A stretch of 63,313 nucleotides of DNA, the filler included, from Folioceros fuciformis (lineage: Eukaryota): assembly GCA_049999805.1 (NCBI GenBank). It is 8 parts of 7 records of this genome, joined end to end, with 100 filler letters (N's around TTAATTAATTAA, not from the genome) between each part and the next. Parts side by side here need not be neighbours in the genome. Positions count along the whole stretch, not along the records: positions 25,956 to 41,297 come from JBNGIO010005349.1; positions 41,398 to 45,130 come from JBNGIO010005350.1; positions 45,231 to 51,513 come from JBNGIO010005352.1; 5 more parts are not named here. One strand, given 5' to 3'. Shown here one piece after another: positions 36,594 through 50,100 of the stretch. Positions within the stretch are counted from its first letter, which is position 1. Each line of letters starts with the position of its first letter. The position numbers were made by a program, and so were the translations under genes. Below the pieces are notes generated by a model, which was not told the origin of the DNA, searched no databases, and worked only from the letters and a program-made list of their open reading frames with translations.

Positions 36594-38870
36594 TTATTCC
36601 AACAGGCGCTTCCACTTGCACCAGGCTATGACAACTGTATATACCAAAAGGGAGCCGGCAGTAGAGCCTCCAACTATCCAGTAAAAACGGTCATAAGTCG
36701 ACGCTTCGAACCAGTCAATGCTGATGTTCATGCCAAATACACCAGTCACGACAACTGAGAGGCTGATAACAAGAGTGGCCGTTGTTAGCATAACACCCAT
36801 CTGAAGGAGATGATTCTGTTTGTCATCCAGCATGATGTTTATGTAGTCTTCCGTGTCATCCACGTAATCCCGTAACTGCAGTCACAGATGCGTTGTCACT
36901 GGAAAGGGTCTATTTAGAGGCTACAACCACATGTCCAAGAGCATACTTACAGCGGATAGTTTGTTTGCAGTGCCATCAATCTGCACAAAGTAGGCCTCCA
37001 AGAGCATCTCCAGCTCCTCCACATCCATGTTCTTGCTGGAATTGCTGCTGCTGCTACCTGCGCTGCTGGAAGAGCTCAGCTTTGCGCTATCCTTGAATGG
37101 TAAGTTGGCACCCTCACTCTCATCTGCTATGAGCGGCAACTTTTCGCTGCCCAACCGACCGGCAACCGTCAGCGAACATGAAAATCCCTTCCTGGATACC
37201 ACTGAGGAAACTAGGTGGTCGTTTCCAGGTACCTTTCTTCCTCGTCGTCAGAATATGCAGGCGACTTCAGAATTGGCTCGGTCCCAAAGTGCACTGTTGG
37301 CACTCGGGTGCCATCTGCCGCTACAGGATTGTAACCATCGACAGTGGAGGTAGGCGAGAGAGGCCCGTCGAACTGCTGCCGCATCAACTTATCTGTGAGG
37401 TACATCTCAGCCATATCTCCATCGTCGTCTAGCAACTTCTCGATCTCATCTCTCACCTTCAGAACCATGTAGGTGGCACGTACACATATTAGGCGCTACA
37501 AGGGCAGGTGCCGAGCCCATTACTGGGACTGTTTTCAGGAAGTACAAAAGCACAAATCAACAATGCAGCCCACCTTTTGAACCCGACCAGATATGGATAC
37601 CAGTCGGTTCTTGATTTGACGGACTCTTTCAAGGTTAAGAGTGCTGATATGTCCTGTCAATGAATCCAAAGCTGGGTATGCTTCGTTATCCAGGGTAGTT
37701 GCCTACATTCAAAACAGCTCAGGGCCTCGGAAATCAAGACCTTGCTCACACCACAACACGGACCCATTCAAAACATCTCAGGACCTCTGTAATCAAAACA
37801 TCGCAAACCACAACACAGACCCATTCAGAACAGCTCAGGACCTCTGTAATCAAGACCTTGCCCGAACCTCAACACAGGCCTTCAAATCCTCTGTTCTCAT
37901 GCATTCAACTGAGAGAGTCGAAGCAGGACGACTAACCTCATCATCCAGACACCTGCAGGTTGCGTCCAAGCAAGCCTCCAAGGCTCGGAACTCAAATGGC
38001 AATGCATTTGGGCCCCGATGGCCAGGACTGCTATCAGTGAACGTGAAGCCGTTGGTTTCCAACACTGGTTCTCCAACCCTGGTTTTGACATCGGACGACA
38101 CGACGCCATTGTTGCTCTCCTCACTGTCACTCGGGCTGCTGCCACGGTCCTTGGATATCTTCATGCATGCAGAAACACACACACACACATAAGGTCCCAC
38201 AGGCAGTCCCAGCGCGACAGAGGATGAGCGGATTTGGATCTTCCTGACAATTCCCTACTGGCAGGGCCAGATCCATACGAGGATTCAAGNNNNNNNNNNN
38301 NNNNNNNNNNNNNNNNNNNNNNNNNNNNNNNNNNNNNNNNNNNNNNNNNNNNNNNNNNNNNNNNNNNNNNNNNNNNNNNNNNNNNNNNNGGCCAGAGGGG
38401 AAACAGAAAGACCTACTTGCGGGTAGCTGATATCAAAATTCAAAGGAAGCCGACGCTGAAGATCGGCAACGAACGGGGCAACAGCCGGATCCTTCGAATT
38501 CAGCAACAACACCTCCTGCGCCGTGATGATGGCCTTGATGTGCTCCAAGTTGAGCACAATGGCCCTCTCCCTGCCCAGAATGGTGGACGGATACGACAAG
38601 AGCGGATCCAAAATGCGCAAGTCTCGACCTGGCAGTCCAGCTCTCCGCATTATAGCGTGCTTCCCGGCCTCCACGACCTGCCAGAATGAAGGTGAGAAGA
38701 ATTGAGGCCTCCAAAGCGGCGAGCTGTGTCAGCTGTGAGCTCACCTGGACCTTGCCATCCATGCCGAGAAGCATCCACGTCCGCACGCCAATGCCCTTCT
38801 TCCGTAGGCCCAGCAACCCTCGCTCCTTCTCATCCTCCGCAAAGGTCCTCACCGGAGTCGGGGGCTTCAT
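36594..38870 (-). CDS. MRS2-3: CorA-type magnesium transporter, MRS2-3-like; contains a 100-N gap
   Basis: [72 protein letters not shown], the VFGMN signature and end KRLLE*. The start codon is inferred. Confidence 0.92.
37706..37878. repeat. ~57-bp tandem repeat x3 inside an MRS2 intron (37703-37936)
   Basis: CATTCAAAACA.CTCAGG.CCTC.G.AATCAA...CACAACAC.GAC repeated three times. Confidence 0.85.
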
Positions 38871-41806
38871 GCTGTGTGAGCCAGGAACAAGAGCGGAGGC
38901 GGGCGTCGGAGGGGAAGCGCAATTGCCCCTGAGACACTGTTCTCCAGAGCTTAGGGCTGGCTTCCCATAAGCCCCAACCCACACCACCTAGATCCTCCCG
39001 ATGCACCCTCCGCCAGCATCCTCACACGATGCCAGGGCAAGCAGGCAAGGCGATCGAGTTCCATCGAGAGTAGATCTTCCTCTTGATCCGAACGACGAGG
39101 GTCCCTGTGCAATTTGTACGGGGATTTCAGTGTAGCTGTGTTCAAATAACTCAAGTGAAATGGAACGAACATTTACCAAACCTTTAAAGTCCAAAAAATA
39201 CATAACTATCATGGGTTTGAAATATAAAGATTTATATCTCTTACCAAAAATACGATTCAAGTAGTATAAACAAAGACTTTTCAATCATATTGATCCAATG
39301 CACTATAGACATGTAAGGGTATGGAGGCAAAACCCAGGGCATTGTTTGGCAACGGTTCGATCTTTAGTGGCCACACTTACCCACTGTCGTTGAGACATTG
39401 AATTTCGTTCCCACGAAGTAGCGATGGGGTTCTTCGCTGCCATGGATGGAGGGTCGGACTCGGTCAACTCGGTGACGGATTCGAGGGCTCCCTTCCAGCT
39501 CCGATTAGGCGTGGGACAATCCTTGCAGTACATCAGTCGACTGCACCTCTCTCGGTGCCCACAAATTCGCTCCAGTCACTACAACGACACTAACCTCTTA
39601 GATCTGCGACTTCCCTCACTCACTTCACTTCACTCACTCACTCACTCCAGCACCAGCACTAGCAAGCAGCAACAACACCACTACCTTCTACACTTCCCTA
39701 TGGACTCCCCCACTCGGCAAGAGTCACTAGACTAACCTCAAAGAAAAGCATGCTGCCACCCATGATCCTGCCAGACACCATGCAAGCATGGTCGGCACTC
39801 ACTCCAACCTTGCAAGGAAACAAGAATGACAAATCATGGGGCACGACATAAAGCGATCAAGAATTAAAGGGACCCAGTCCTTAACTTTGGTCACTACTTC
39901 TCAAAGCTTTACCAAACGCTGCACACATGCACAGCCGGGACACACTATTGTATCCAAGCAGGGCAGCCCGAGAGAGATCGTAAAGTGACAAGCTTTATCC
40001 TACGGGCTCACCCTATCTTATAGGAGCCTCTCACTCTCTTACCTCGCCTCTTTCTACCTTGACCATTATTATTTTAATAAGACAACTAGCCTAGCCAACT
40101 ATCACCAGCCACTTATTTAGACTTTCCTAGCACGTCCCACCGTCAATATTGATGAGCTAGCCTTACAACTTGCTGACCCTACCACCACAAGTATCCACCA
40201 TCTATTAAACTATTCTAAGACCTTGAAGGATGCTTGATCTTCAAAGATCTTGCGGACGTCGCCTCTTTTTTACTGAATGGTTGCCCGCAAAGCCTTCCCC
40301 TACAACTATTCCCCCTGGTGGCTAAACCTGGCTCCATGGGAGGAGTATGAGTAGTGGGAGAAGAAAGAAAGAGGTGAGAAGAAGTGTGATCAGCAGTCGA
40401 AACTGGGCCTGAAATCGGCACCTTATTCAGCAAAATTGGCTTCCAGCCAAAACGGTTCCTCAGCTATGGATAACTGATCTCGGGGTGCTAGGATAGTTTC
40501 CGGACTGTTAGGGGAAGGAAACAGGTGAGAAAGAGCAAAGTCGGAATTTCTGGAATTAAATCAAGAAAAAAGAGAAATTAGGAAAAAAAGAAAGGCTCAG
40601 GCTCAGGCTCCTCTTCTATGCGCATTCAATCCCAACACTTGGGGGATCCCAGGACACACAATTTTGTCTCTTCCCGTTCTTGTGTAGCATAACTTTTTCC
40701 ACATATACACGTATTAGAAAATCTCCTTTGTAGTTCCTTCATGTTTACCATGTTCGGCCTTTTTTTTTCTTGTAGGCATTTCATGCTCAAGTTCAGCAAG
40801 AGTGGATGCAAGCCCATGATCCGAGTAAGGTCTAGCACAAGAGGTGCCCTCTTTGCTTTGCAATGATATCTTGCAAGGAGCTACGCACGGAGTCAATGCA
40901 CATCATGTTGACGAGTCACATGATAGAGATGTTCACAAGATAGGGAAATACACGAGCTTGGTTATGTCTACATGTTCGCCCTACACAAACAAGGATTGCT
41001 AAGTGTGGAGTGATTCTTACACCCAAGAACCACCAAGGGGCCACATTTCCCCCTACTATCGTTGCAATCTTATGATTCGCTCCCAAGGGAGTGAACTAGT
41101 GTCAAGGTTTCCTACAATTCCCTAATCTCATCCTATCTATCAACCAATACCTAGTGCTACAGCAATAGGTCAGAATCCCCAGCCTTGTCTTCAGCTTCTA
41201 CCACAACGTCAACCCCAACCTCAACTAAATGAGAATTCCAGCATCATCTTCAGCTCCCGCTTCCAGCTCTAGGTACCAATCACCTCAATGGCTGAAANNN
41301 NNNNNNNNNNNNNNNNNNNNNNNNNNNNNNNNNNNNNNNNNTTAATTAATTAANNNNNNNNNNNNNNNNNNNNNNNNNNNNNNNNNNNNNNNNNNNNCTT
41401 GCGATGAAATCTTGCAGATACGGCATCACTGCGCGTCCAAACAAAGGGGAGACCACCAAATCGGATAAAATGATGTGAGTCAAAAAAATTCAGCTTAGAT
41501 GTACGGTTGATGGACAACATATAGGGCAAGGATCTCCATAAATGGATTCTATCCTTGTTCTCGTTGTTTCTTCTTCTGCAACTCATTCCCTTCCTACCCT
41601 ATCCCGCAGCTGCATGGCGATCGCTCTCCCGTCACCGACGATGATGAGAATAGGGCTTGAGATGATCGGTGCATCCGGTCACCAAGGGGTCCCACTCCCA
41701 CCGGCGCGTCCGGTCACCGTATGGTCGCCCGGTTTCCCGTGGCTTCCAGTTGTTCAATGCTCCTGGTGCTCCTTGCTGGTGTCGACGCGCGCTCTGGCAG
41801 GTGGGA

Positions 41807-43672
41807 ATGGCCATGACGCTGGGAGCAGTGGTCAGAGCGGCGGGGGCCTGGAGAAGCGGCGCTCTCCTGGTCCTTGGTGTGCGCCGATCTTGTGCTTCAG
41901 CTTCTGGAGCTCTGGCAGCAGCAGCACCAGCTGCCGGACAGACCGAGGTCTTGCCCCATACGTCCAGGCCGTGGCGGAGGGCATCCGTCACTACGGGCAA
42001 TGCTATTGGCAGCTATCCAAGGCACGGCTCAGGTGAGATCTGCCGTACAATAGAACCGCATCTCGCCTGGATGCCAATTGCAGGATTTTGACATGTGGAT
42101 CCACCCTCCTTGCTGGTTGCAGCATGGTGGTCGTGTCTACTGCAGGAGTAGGATTTGTAATGGGAAGCGGAGAGGTTGTGGACAGCAGCTGGGACCATGA
42201 TGCCTGCTGCGTCTTCCAACGCATTCAACCAGGTGCTAGTTTTTGCAGTTTGCAGATGTTGCAGCTCGGGGAATGCTGCCCATGCATGAATTCCGTGAAC
42301 TTTGGTTCCAGGCTGATGCCGGGGATTGATGGCCCCAGGCGATGGAAGTTGGCAACGATGCTGTTATGAAGCGCCCCATGCGAAGGCCGGTGCCGTCAGG
42401 GCGCCTGACTGTGTCTCATGCTTTGGTGTGGGCCGCCTGTCTTGGCGTTACTGGCATTACTGTAATAGCCTGGAAGGTTGCTCTCTCTCCATTCGAACTC
42501 TTCCCAGCACGAGATGGTGTGGAGTGACTCTTCTTTTTGATAGGGCGCCCGCCCTAACAAACATATTTCCTGTTTGCTGTGTCAAAGCTCTCGTTCTCGG
42601 TTTTGATGAGAAATTTCTTTCTCAAGTGTGTTGCAGACCTACGTATTGACAGCCACCTTAGGAGCTGCGAATATCGCGTTGTACACCGTCGCATACACTC
42701 CTCTCAAGCAGATCCATCCTGTTAATACTTGGGTTGGGGCAGTTGTTGGTGCCATTCCTCCGCTCATGGGGTAGGTTGAGTTTGTGGCACCACTTGCAAN
42801 NNNNNNNNNNNNNNNNNNNNNNNNNNNNNNNNNNNNNNNNNNNNNNNNNNNNNNNNNNNNNNNNNNNNNNNNNNNNNNNNNNNNNNNNNNNNNNNNNNNG
42901 GTGCTTTGTACTTCTGGCAGATTCCGCATTTCATGGCTTTGGCATTTCTCTGCCGAAGTGATTATGCAGCTGGAGGGTATGGCTTAGGCTCTTTCATTTT
43001 CTGGTATTTTGCTTCATTAACGTACGACTAGCCTGTCTCAGAGATTTCGGCAGAATTACTTCTGATGTTTGACAAGACGTCGTGATTCAGGTACAAGATG
43101 CTCTCACTTCTTGATGTTTCTGGTAGAAGAACGGCTTCCGCAGCTCTTCGGAATTGCATTTATCTCTTTCCTCTCGGGTTTTTAGCTTACCAATGTAAGT
43201 AGTGACGGGTGGAAGCTTCATGTGCCGTATTGCCTGGGGAGTTGTGGTCTCTCGGATGCAATTTCATCTGTCTTGTCACGTTCCTGAACAGGGGGTACAA
43301 CTTCCTTCCCAGTACTTCACGGTGGAGACAAGCATGCTGACAACTGGCATGGCTTTGATGGCATCTCAATTTTATCTCCAGCCATCGTCTGCAACGGCAC
43401 GCAAGCTATTCCTGTCAACCTTACTTTATCTTCCTCTCTTCATGGCTTCCATGGTGGTGCATCGTCTGCCAAATCCAACCGCCACCCCTACGAAGTTGGC
43501 AGAGAGGCAGGAGGTCGGGACTGGTACGAAAGCGGATGAAGGCAGTAGTAGAGATGAAGTGGCAGTCACAAACTCCAGAAGGACAAAGGCCCCCCTCTCC
43601 CCCATCGCATGCGTGTCCATGGCGCCTTTTCCTTTCCTGGCTGTTCCTGGCTCCCCGAGCTACCGGACCTGA
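41807..43672 (+). pseudogene. COX10: COX10 (protoheme IX farnesyltransferase / heme O synthase), intron-containing copy with frameshifts
   Basis: Conserved blocks [61 protein letters not shown] and LYFWQIPHFMALA. The frame breaks at ~42183 (deletion) and at ~43302-43309 (TTCC duplication). Confidence 0.8.
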
Positions 43673-43969
43673 GTCTAAAATTCTTGTACTACTGATGAGT
43701 CTGCTTGTCCTCTTTATGGCCCTTAATGGTAAGAGACTAATGAATGGATCCCAAGTGACTGCAGCACTCAAATTGAGGTGATGGTATCCTCGTCCGACCA
43801 ACCAGATCAACTCGAGGTGCAGCTGTCTCCTCTCTTACTCCCGATCCCATGCGTCCGCAATAACTGCCTTTGCCTGACCCAAGTCTTCCTGATGACGAAC
43901 AATGATCTGCCCGCTTGCATGCTTGCTGTTCGCCTTGTTCCCTCTTTCTTCGGTTCCAGCATGGTGCAC

Positions 43970-44285
43970 GCTAGTTTCTCTCCGTTAAGAGGTGACACAA
44001 AAGTAGAGGATGGGACACCTTGGACCGGGAAGGTGCAAGCTAATTTCCTCTCCGTGAAGGGGTGACACAAATGTAGAGGATGGGACACCTTGGACTGGGA
44101 AGGTGCAAGCTAGTTTGCTTCCCAGTCCAAGCTAGTTTGGTCTCCGAGCTAGTTTGGTCTCCGTGAAGGGGTGACACAGAAGTAGGGATTGGGACACCTT
44201 GGACTGGGAAGGAGCAAGCTAGTTTCCTCTCCGTTAAGGGGTGACACAGAAGTAGGGACTAGGACACCTTGGCCTTCCCAGTCCC
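43970..44285. repeat. ~70-bp tandem repeat x4 with an embedded inverted segment
   Basis: GCTAGTTT.CTCTCCGT.AAG.GGTGACACA.AAGTAG.G.A..GGACACCTTGGAC.GGGAAGG.GCAA units. Confidence 0.9.
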
Positions 44286-44393
44286 TATCTCTATGCTCTG
44301 GTGGATGTGGGATGCTAAGATTCAACACGGGATTTTCATGCCGAGTCCACTGCTCTGTTTTCAAAGAAACAAGGTTCGGGTATGGTTCGATTT

Positions 44394-44574
44394 GCTTACC
44401 GAGTTCCTTCCACAGCGATTGATGAGGACACCGAATGCCTGGAGCGCTGCACGGCTTACCGAGTTCCTTCCACAGCAATTGATGAGGACACCGAATGCCT
44501 GGAGCGCTGCACGGCTTACCGAGTTCCTTTCACAGCAATTGATGAGGACACCGAATGCCTTGAGCGCTGCACGG
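44394..44574. repeat. 60-bp tandem repeat x3
   Basis: GCTTACCGAGTTCCTTCCACAGC.ATTGATGAGGACACCGAATGCCT.GAGCGCTGCACG. Confidence 0.95.
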
Positions 44575-45230
44575 CACCAAACGTCAGGCCTTTGTCGTCC
44601 TTGTCCAGCCGAGAAGGATGACTGCTGATCCGAAATGCCTACGGAACTGCGAGGACTACATCATGTCCCTTGGCTTGGTACTCACTAACTCTCGTAGGCC
44701 ATCACTAACTCTCGTAGGCCATCAACTAGTGCTGATTCTATCGCAACGGAGTCCACGAATGACACAATGGGACCGTGCACTCTTGATTCTTTTAATACTA
44801 TTAGCTGTTGAATCACTATCACGTGCCTAGACATCTTGCCAAGCCATACTTAAGGTCTTTCAAGTACTAGGGAAGCAATGATAGCCTCATACTCTATGAG
44901 ACGTTTCGTTGAGTAGAATCGTGAATATGTGCCTCAAGGATCCAAAGGTTTTGCTACACATAGCCTTCCCCATCCTACTGTTGGAGTTCGAGATGGTCAT
45001 CATCAATGGCCTACTGCTCTAGTCTCCTTCAACCATTTGTCAATCTGGAGAGAGCCTACTGAAAGCTGAAGGTGTCTGTTTGGAGATGTGAAAAGTTGCC
45101 CTGCATCCCGAGGCCATGCTGGGTTTGCATNNNNNNNNNNNNNNNNNNNNNNNNNNNNNNNNNNNNNNNNNNNNTTAATTAATTAANNNNNNNNNNNNNN
45201 NNNNNNNNNNNNNNNNNNNNNNNNNNNNNN

Positions 45231-47139
45231 GCTGGATTCAGCCCGCAGCCTGCCTGGGTCCGCTCCAACCTCATTCGCAGCTGGCCAAGTGTTGGCGCCT
45301 ACCTGCAGCCTGAATCAGCCAGCCGGGCCGACTAGCCAGGCAGTCGGGCATCTGCAGGCCCGGCCACCCACCTTGTTGCCTATCCTGCTGCCGGCACGGG
45401 CTAGCTTGCTAGCTAGGCCCTTCAGCAGCCCGCCAATCTGTCAGCAGCTGCGGTCAATGGCCTGGGCAGCCAGCCTCCAGCGCCCAGCCAAGTCGACTGT
45501 TCCCTGCCTGGCTGGTCTGCTAGCTGGCTAGATCTAGCCCACAAGCTAGCTAGACCCGACAACCAGCCCCCCCTGCCAACCTGCGACCTGCCGACTACCT
45601 ACCTGCGCCGGTGCTGGGTCGCCTGCCCGGCTCCAGGATTTGCTGGCCAAGTAGCTAGGCCGACTCTCGTTGCTGCCTGCCTGCAACTCGATCGGCTGGG
45701 CTGGCCACTGCCGAGCCGGTCTGGTTGCCAGCATGCTCATGGCCCGGCTGCTTGCACCCCGCATGGCCGGTCTGGATCCAACCCGGCTGCCGGCCTACTG
45801 ACAGGCCAGGCTGCCTGCTGCCCCTTACGCCTCCAGCCAGCCGGCCCGCCCGATCCAACCCCATCCTCAGCTTGGATCCTGCCCCGGCCTGCGACGCCCG
45901 CGGATCCAACGCCGCCCTCCTGGCCTGGATCCGACTGCTGTTGAGCCGCCTGCCGGCTCCCAGACTCGGCCCTGGCCTCAACCAACCTGGATCCACCTGC
46001 AGCCGACCTGCTGCCAGCCCTCCTGGCAGCCTACTGCTGAGCCGCTTGCCAGAGGCCGCAAGCTGGCCTCCCTCCTTCCGGATTTGGTCAGGCAGCCAAC
46101 CTGCTTGGCTTGGCTGCTTGCTAAACCGATCCGCCCAGAGCTAACGCTGCCGCCTGTCACCTGTTCCAGCCATGCCCAGCTGGCCAGCTCGGCTGGGCGA
46201 GCAGCCAGACCGCTGCTAGCCCAGCCCCTTGCTTTGCCAACCAACCCGGCCGCCTAGCGGGCTAGATCCACTAGTCACCTATTCCAGCTAGGAGGCCACC
46301 TGAGCGTGCTAGCTTGTCGGCCTGATTTGCTGGGTGGCCCGCCATCTCTTCAACAGTCGGGCCGTTGCTGGCCAGGCCGCCTGTCGGGCTGCTGCTGGCC
46401 CGGCCAGCCACCCAAACGGCCTGCCACTCCCAGATCCACCCTTGGCCAAATCCGCTAGCCAGAGTCCACTTGGTCTCGGCCCCCAATCCGACCACATCCA
46501 AGCCACCACCTTGGATCCCACCGGTCTGCTAATCCGGCCAGCCGTTCAGCCACTACCCGGCCTGCCTACCTACACGCTAACATGCCTTCCACCTACTACC
46601 CTGCGTGGAGCCAGCTTGCGGTCACCCCGGCCTGTTGGATCAAGCTGAGGCTTGCAGCCGCCGATCAGCCGGCCTGTCGGGAGTCCCACCACAGCAGGTC
46701 GGCCCACCTGCCGACCAGGATCCGGCCAAGCCTGGCCCTCCTCCTGGCCTATCCAGCTGCCTGCTCTCAGGATCCTCAGCCCCTCCCGGCGCACCTAGGC
46801 AAGGCCATGGCAAGTCTAAGCACGCCACCCCCATGCCTATGCCCAACCGCCTTCCGCACCCTCCCAAGGCCCCAACTCACCCTCACGCGCCGACTTAGGG
46901 TTCCACACACGCCGGCGTCCCTCTCCACGGGCACACCCTACCCCCTACTCACTTTCCATGGCCATGGGTTAGCTAGATGATTGTTGACTTTCTAAATTGC
47001 ACCACCCTGATCATCCTATTTAATCTAGCCTTATCTAACATAGCTTCCTAATTACCTCTCCAATGAATTCTATCAAAACTCCAAAAAAAACAAATACCAC
47101 CCATTTTCTAAGAGGCCTATCTACCATGTGGTCTCCACA
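45231..47139 (-). mobile_element. GC-rich LTR-like element end inserted into a copia RT
   Basis: The minus-strand terminus TGTGGAGACCACAT abuts the truncated RT. The interior is low-complexity and CAGCC/GGCC/CTAG-rich. A related copy lies at 54991-55934. Confidence 0.65.
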
Positions 47140-50100
47140 CGTCTCATACCAGACGTTGGCTTTGCTTGAATCCATAGATGGAGAGATTGAGTTTACACAC
47201 CTTGTGTGGGTATGTCTTGTCTTCATAGTTCTTAGGCTGATCCATGTAGATTTTTTCCTGAAGATGACCATAGAGAAAGGCCGTGCACACATCTAGCTGA
47301 TAAATCTCTAAGTTTAATTCAGCACATAAAGCTAGAAGCATCCTAACTGATGCGGCTTTAACTACAGGTGAGTAAACCTTATCGCCCTGATAATCAACTC
47401 CCTCTTTCTGACTATACCCCTTAGCCTCTAATCTCGCTTTGTAGTGAATTCTAGGCTTAACTTCCTGGAACTTAGTCTTAAGGACCCATTTGCACTTGAT
47501 GGTAGTTCTACCCTTGGGCAGGCTCACCAAAGACCAGGTATTATTTTTTATCAATGAGTTATACTCATTATCGATGGCTAGCTTCCATTTGGCTGCCTCA
47601 GGTCTGGAGTAAGCCTCTTGCAAGGTTAAAGGATCTTCCTCTGCAGCAGCAACACTTAAGGCATAAAGAGCATCCATTGATTCCACATAGGTTAAACCAC
47701 CTTAATTAAACTCAATGTCAAATGTTTGTTCCTTCCAAAGGTGCCTAGGCTGGTGCACACGAGTAGGATATCTACGCTCAGGAGCAGCCGTTGGCCTAGG
47801 AGGGGATGGAGGAGTGTGGAGTGCACGAGGCATATCATGAGGCACCACGTGATCAAAACCAACATGTTCAACATCACCTTGTTCCACAGGTAGGTCCTCC
47901 GCTACTCCCTTGTGGTCTATCTCCATGTCCCCCTCTCGAGCAGGAACATGTGGTGTAGGAGCAGGTTGCATGTGTGGAATAGGACCAGCAATTGGCAGCA
48001 CCAGACCTGCTTGAGGGATAGGAGCCACAGGTAGAGGAGGAACACCAACAACGGGAAAAGTAAAGGGCTGAATGATGTGTTCAAAAAAAATGGCACCAGG
48101 GGACCGTGGAGTGCTCGAGCTAGAGGGAGCACCATCAGAGACGTCAGGAGGAAGCTCCAAGGATGTCCTAAGAGCAAGCACTAGCTTGGCTTCATCAAAA
48201 GTGACAGTGCGCGCATAGATTGGAGTCCGAGTGGCCATGTCCACGAGCTTGTGGGCTTTGCAATCATCACCATAGCCCACAAAGATAAGCTTTCGAGCAC
48301 GAGCGTCAAGCTTGTCATGATGCTGTGAAGGGACAAGAGCATAGGCAGGGCAACCGAAAACAGGAAGATGTGAAATTAGAGGCTTGGTCTCATGCCAACA
48401 CTTGTAGGGTGTACGGTCGGAAACCACCTTGGTAAGGACCCTATTCTTAATGTATGCCGCAGTAGACACAGCCTCAGCCCAAAAAGACTTGGGCAGCTGA
48501 GACTGGGTTAGCATGGCACGAGCCATGCTAACCCAAATTAGCTTCGTTAGCCTTCTTGGCTACGCCGTTCTGCTCAGAGGTGAAGGTACAGTGAACTATC
48601 TCAAGACACCATGCACCTCGCAGAAATCACAAAACTAATGATTGTTGAGTTCCCCCGCATTGTCAGATCAAATACATTTAAGTTGACGGCCAGTCTATAA
48701 CTCGGCCATAGCAACAAAAGGTGAGAACACATTAAACAAGTCACTCTTAAGATGGATGGGAAACGCAAACGTATATCGTCTGAAGTCATCAACGATAGTG
48801 ATAAAATGGTTAGCCCTGCCTAAAGTCACAACAGGGAGAGGACCACATAGGTCTATGTGGACCAGGTCAAGACGCGTAGTGGATTGACTAGCAGGAAGAG
48901 TAGGATAAAGAGAACTTCTCTGTTTCACAAGCACACAAGCTTCGCAAAGAGGCAGTGTCGAGGAAAGCATTGGAAGCTTATCCTGATACAGATCCTGATG
49001 AGTCGTGGCCAAAAGACGGGCTGGATTAAGATGTCCAAGCCGACAATGCCAAAGGAGAGCGTCACGGAGGTGGGATCTCCTTGAAGGCTAGTTGCTAGGA
49101 GAGGAAACCGCAAGGGAGGCAGCCGCCGTAAGCACGGGCTGACATGAGGACATACAAGTCATGACGGGGACGACCTATAGCAACAATCACAAGGGGTTTA
49201 GAGGACCGATATAGAAGGCAATCTCCAAACCCAAACTCGAGACGAAAAGAGCCGTCCCGAACAAGTTATCGGACAGAGATGAGATTCTTGGCCATCTTGG
49301 GAACATGTAAAACTTGATAAAGCACCATGAGGGATCCATCATCCAGAGTAAAAGCAACGGAGCCAATCCCCGAAATAGAGAGGCCAGGGTCATATCCAAG
49401 GAGACAAAGCGCTGAGTGTTAGTAGCCCCTCGTAGGTGGTGAACATGGTCTTAAGACTACAGATATGCGCTGACACAATAGAATCAATCAACCATGACTG
49501 TCCGTATTTAAATGCCACAAAACAAACAATGAGAGCAATTCCAGGTGAAGAAGGATTCTTGGCCTAAGGCGAGACAGCAATGGTGTTAGCTGTACGCTGC
49601 GCACGCTTGGCCTCACCAACGTGCTTCTTCTTGCACTCTCGTTCCCAATGACCAGACGTTTGGCACCAATTACACGTGCCTTGCCGCTTAGGAGTCTTGG
49701 ACGAGGAGGCTGCTGAGGAAGAAGGCTTGTTGGAGCCATGGGAATTGTTCCTGTTATTAGATTTGTTAGAAGGCGTACGTTGTTGTTGACGTCCTTTGGT
49801 GATGAACATGACCCGGTCGCCTCCATGTTTTGAAGTCCCGACATTGAACCTAGCAGACTCCTCTTGAAAGAGAGCTCCAGCGATCTCGGACACGGTGATG
49901 TTGGGTACCATACCCAACTACACAGCATGATGTGCATTTCTCATTGTTTGGTTTTGTGAGGAGACAAATGTCTGGTAGCTAGCCGGGAGGCTAGCCAATA
50001 ACTGAACAGCAGCTTCAAATTCGGTGATGGTTGTTCCAAGAACAGCAAGTTGGGCTCACAAATATCAAAACTTGCTAACGTGCTGAGCAATGCTGTCATT

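Noticed and set aside
39300..41297. Short ORFs upstream of MRS2
   Set aside because: No domains or consistent splice structure, so likely intergenic or old TE debris.
41948..41967. 20-nt GT-AG micro-intron that would restore the COX10 frame
   Set aside because: Far below plant intron sizes. An 89-bp intron or an indel explains it more simply.
44394..44574. CRISPR-like 60-bp periodic array
   Set aside because: Whole units repeat with no unique spacers, so it is a minisatellite.
45289..46980. Many overlapping Pro/Ala/Arg-rich ORFs
   Set aside because: Stop-poor GC-rich repeat DNA with no recognisable domains.
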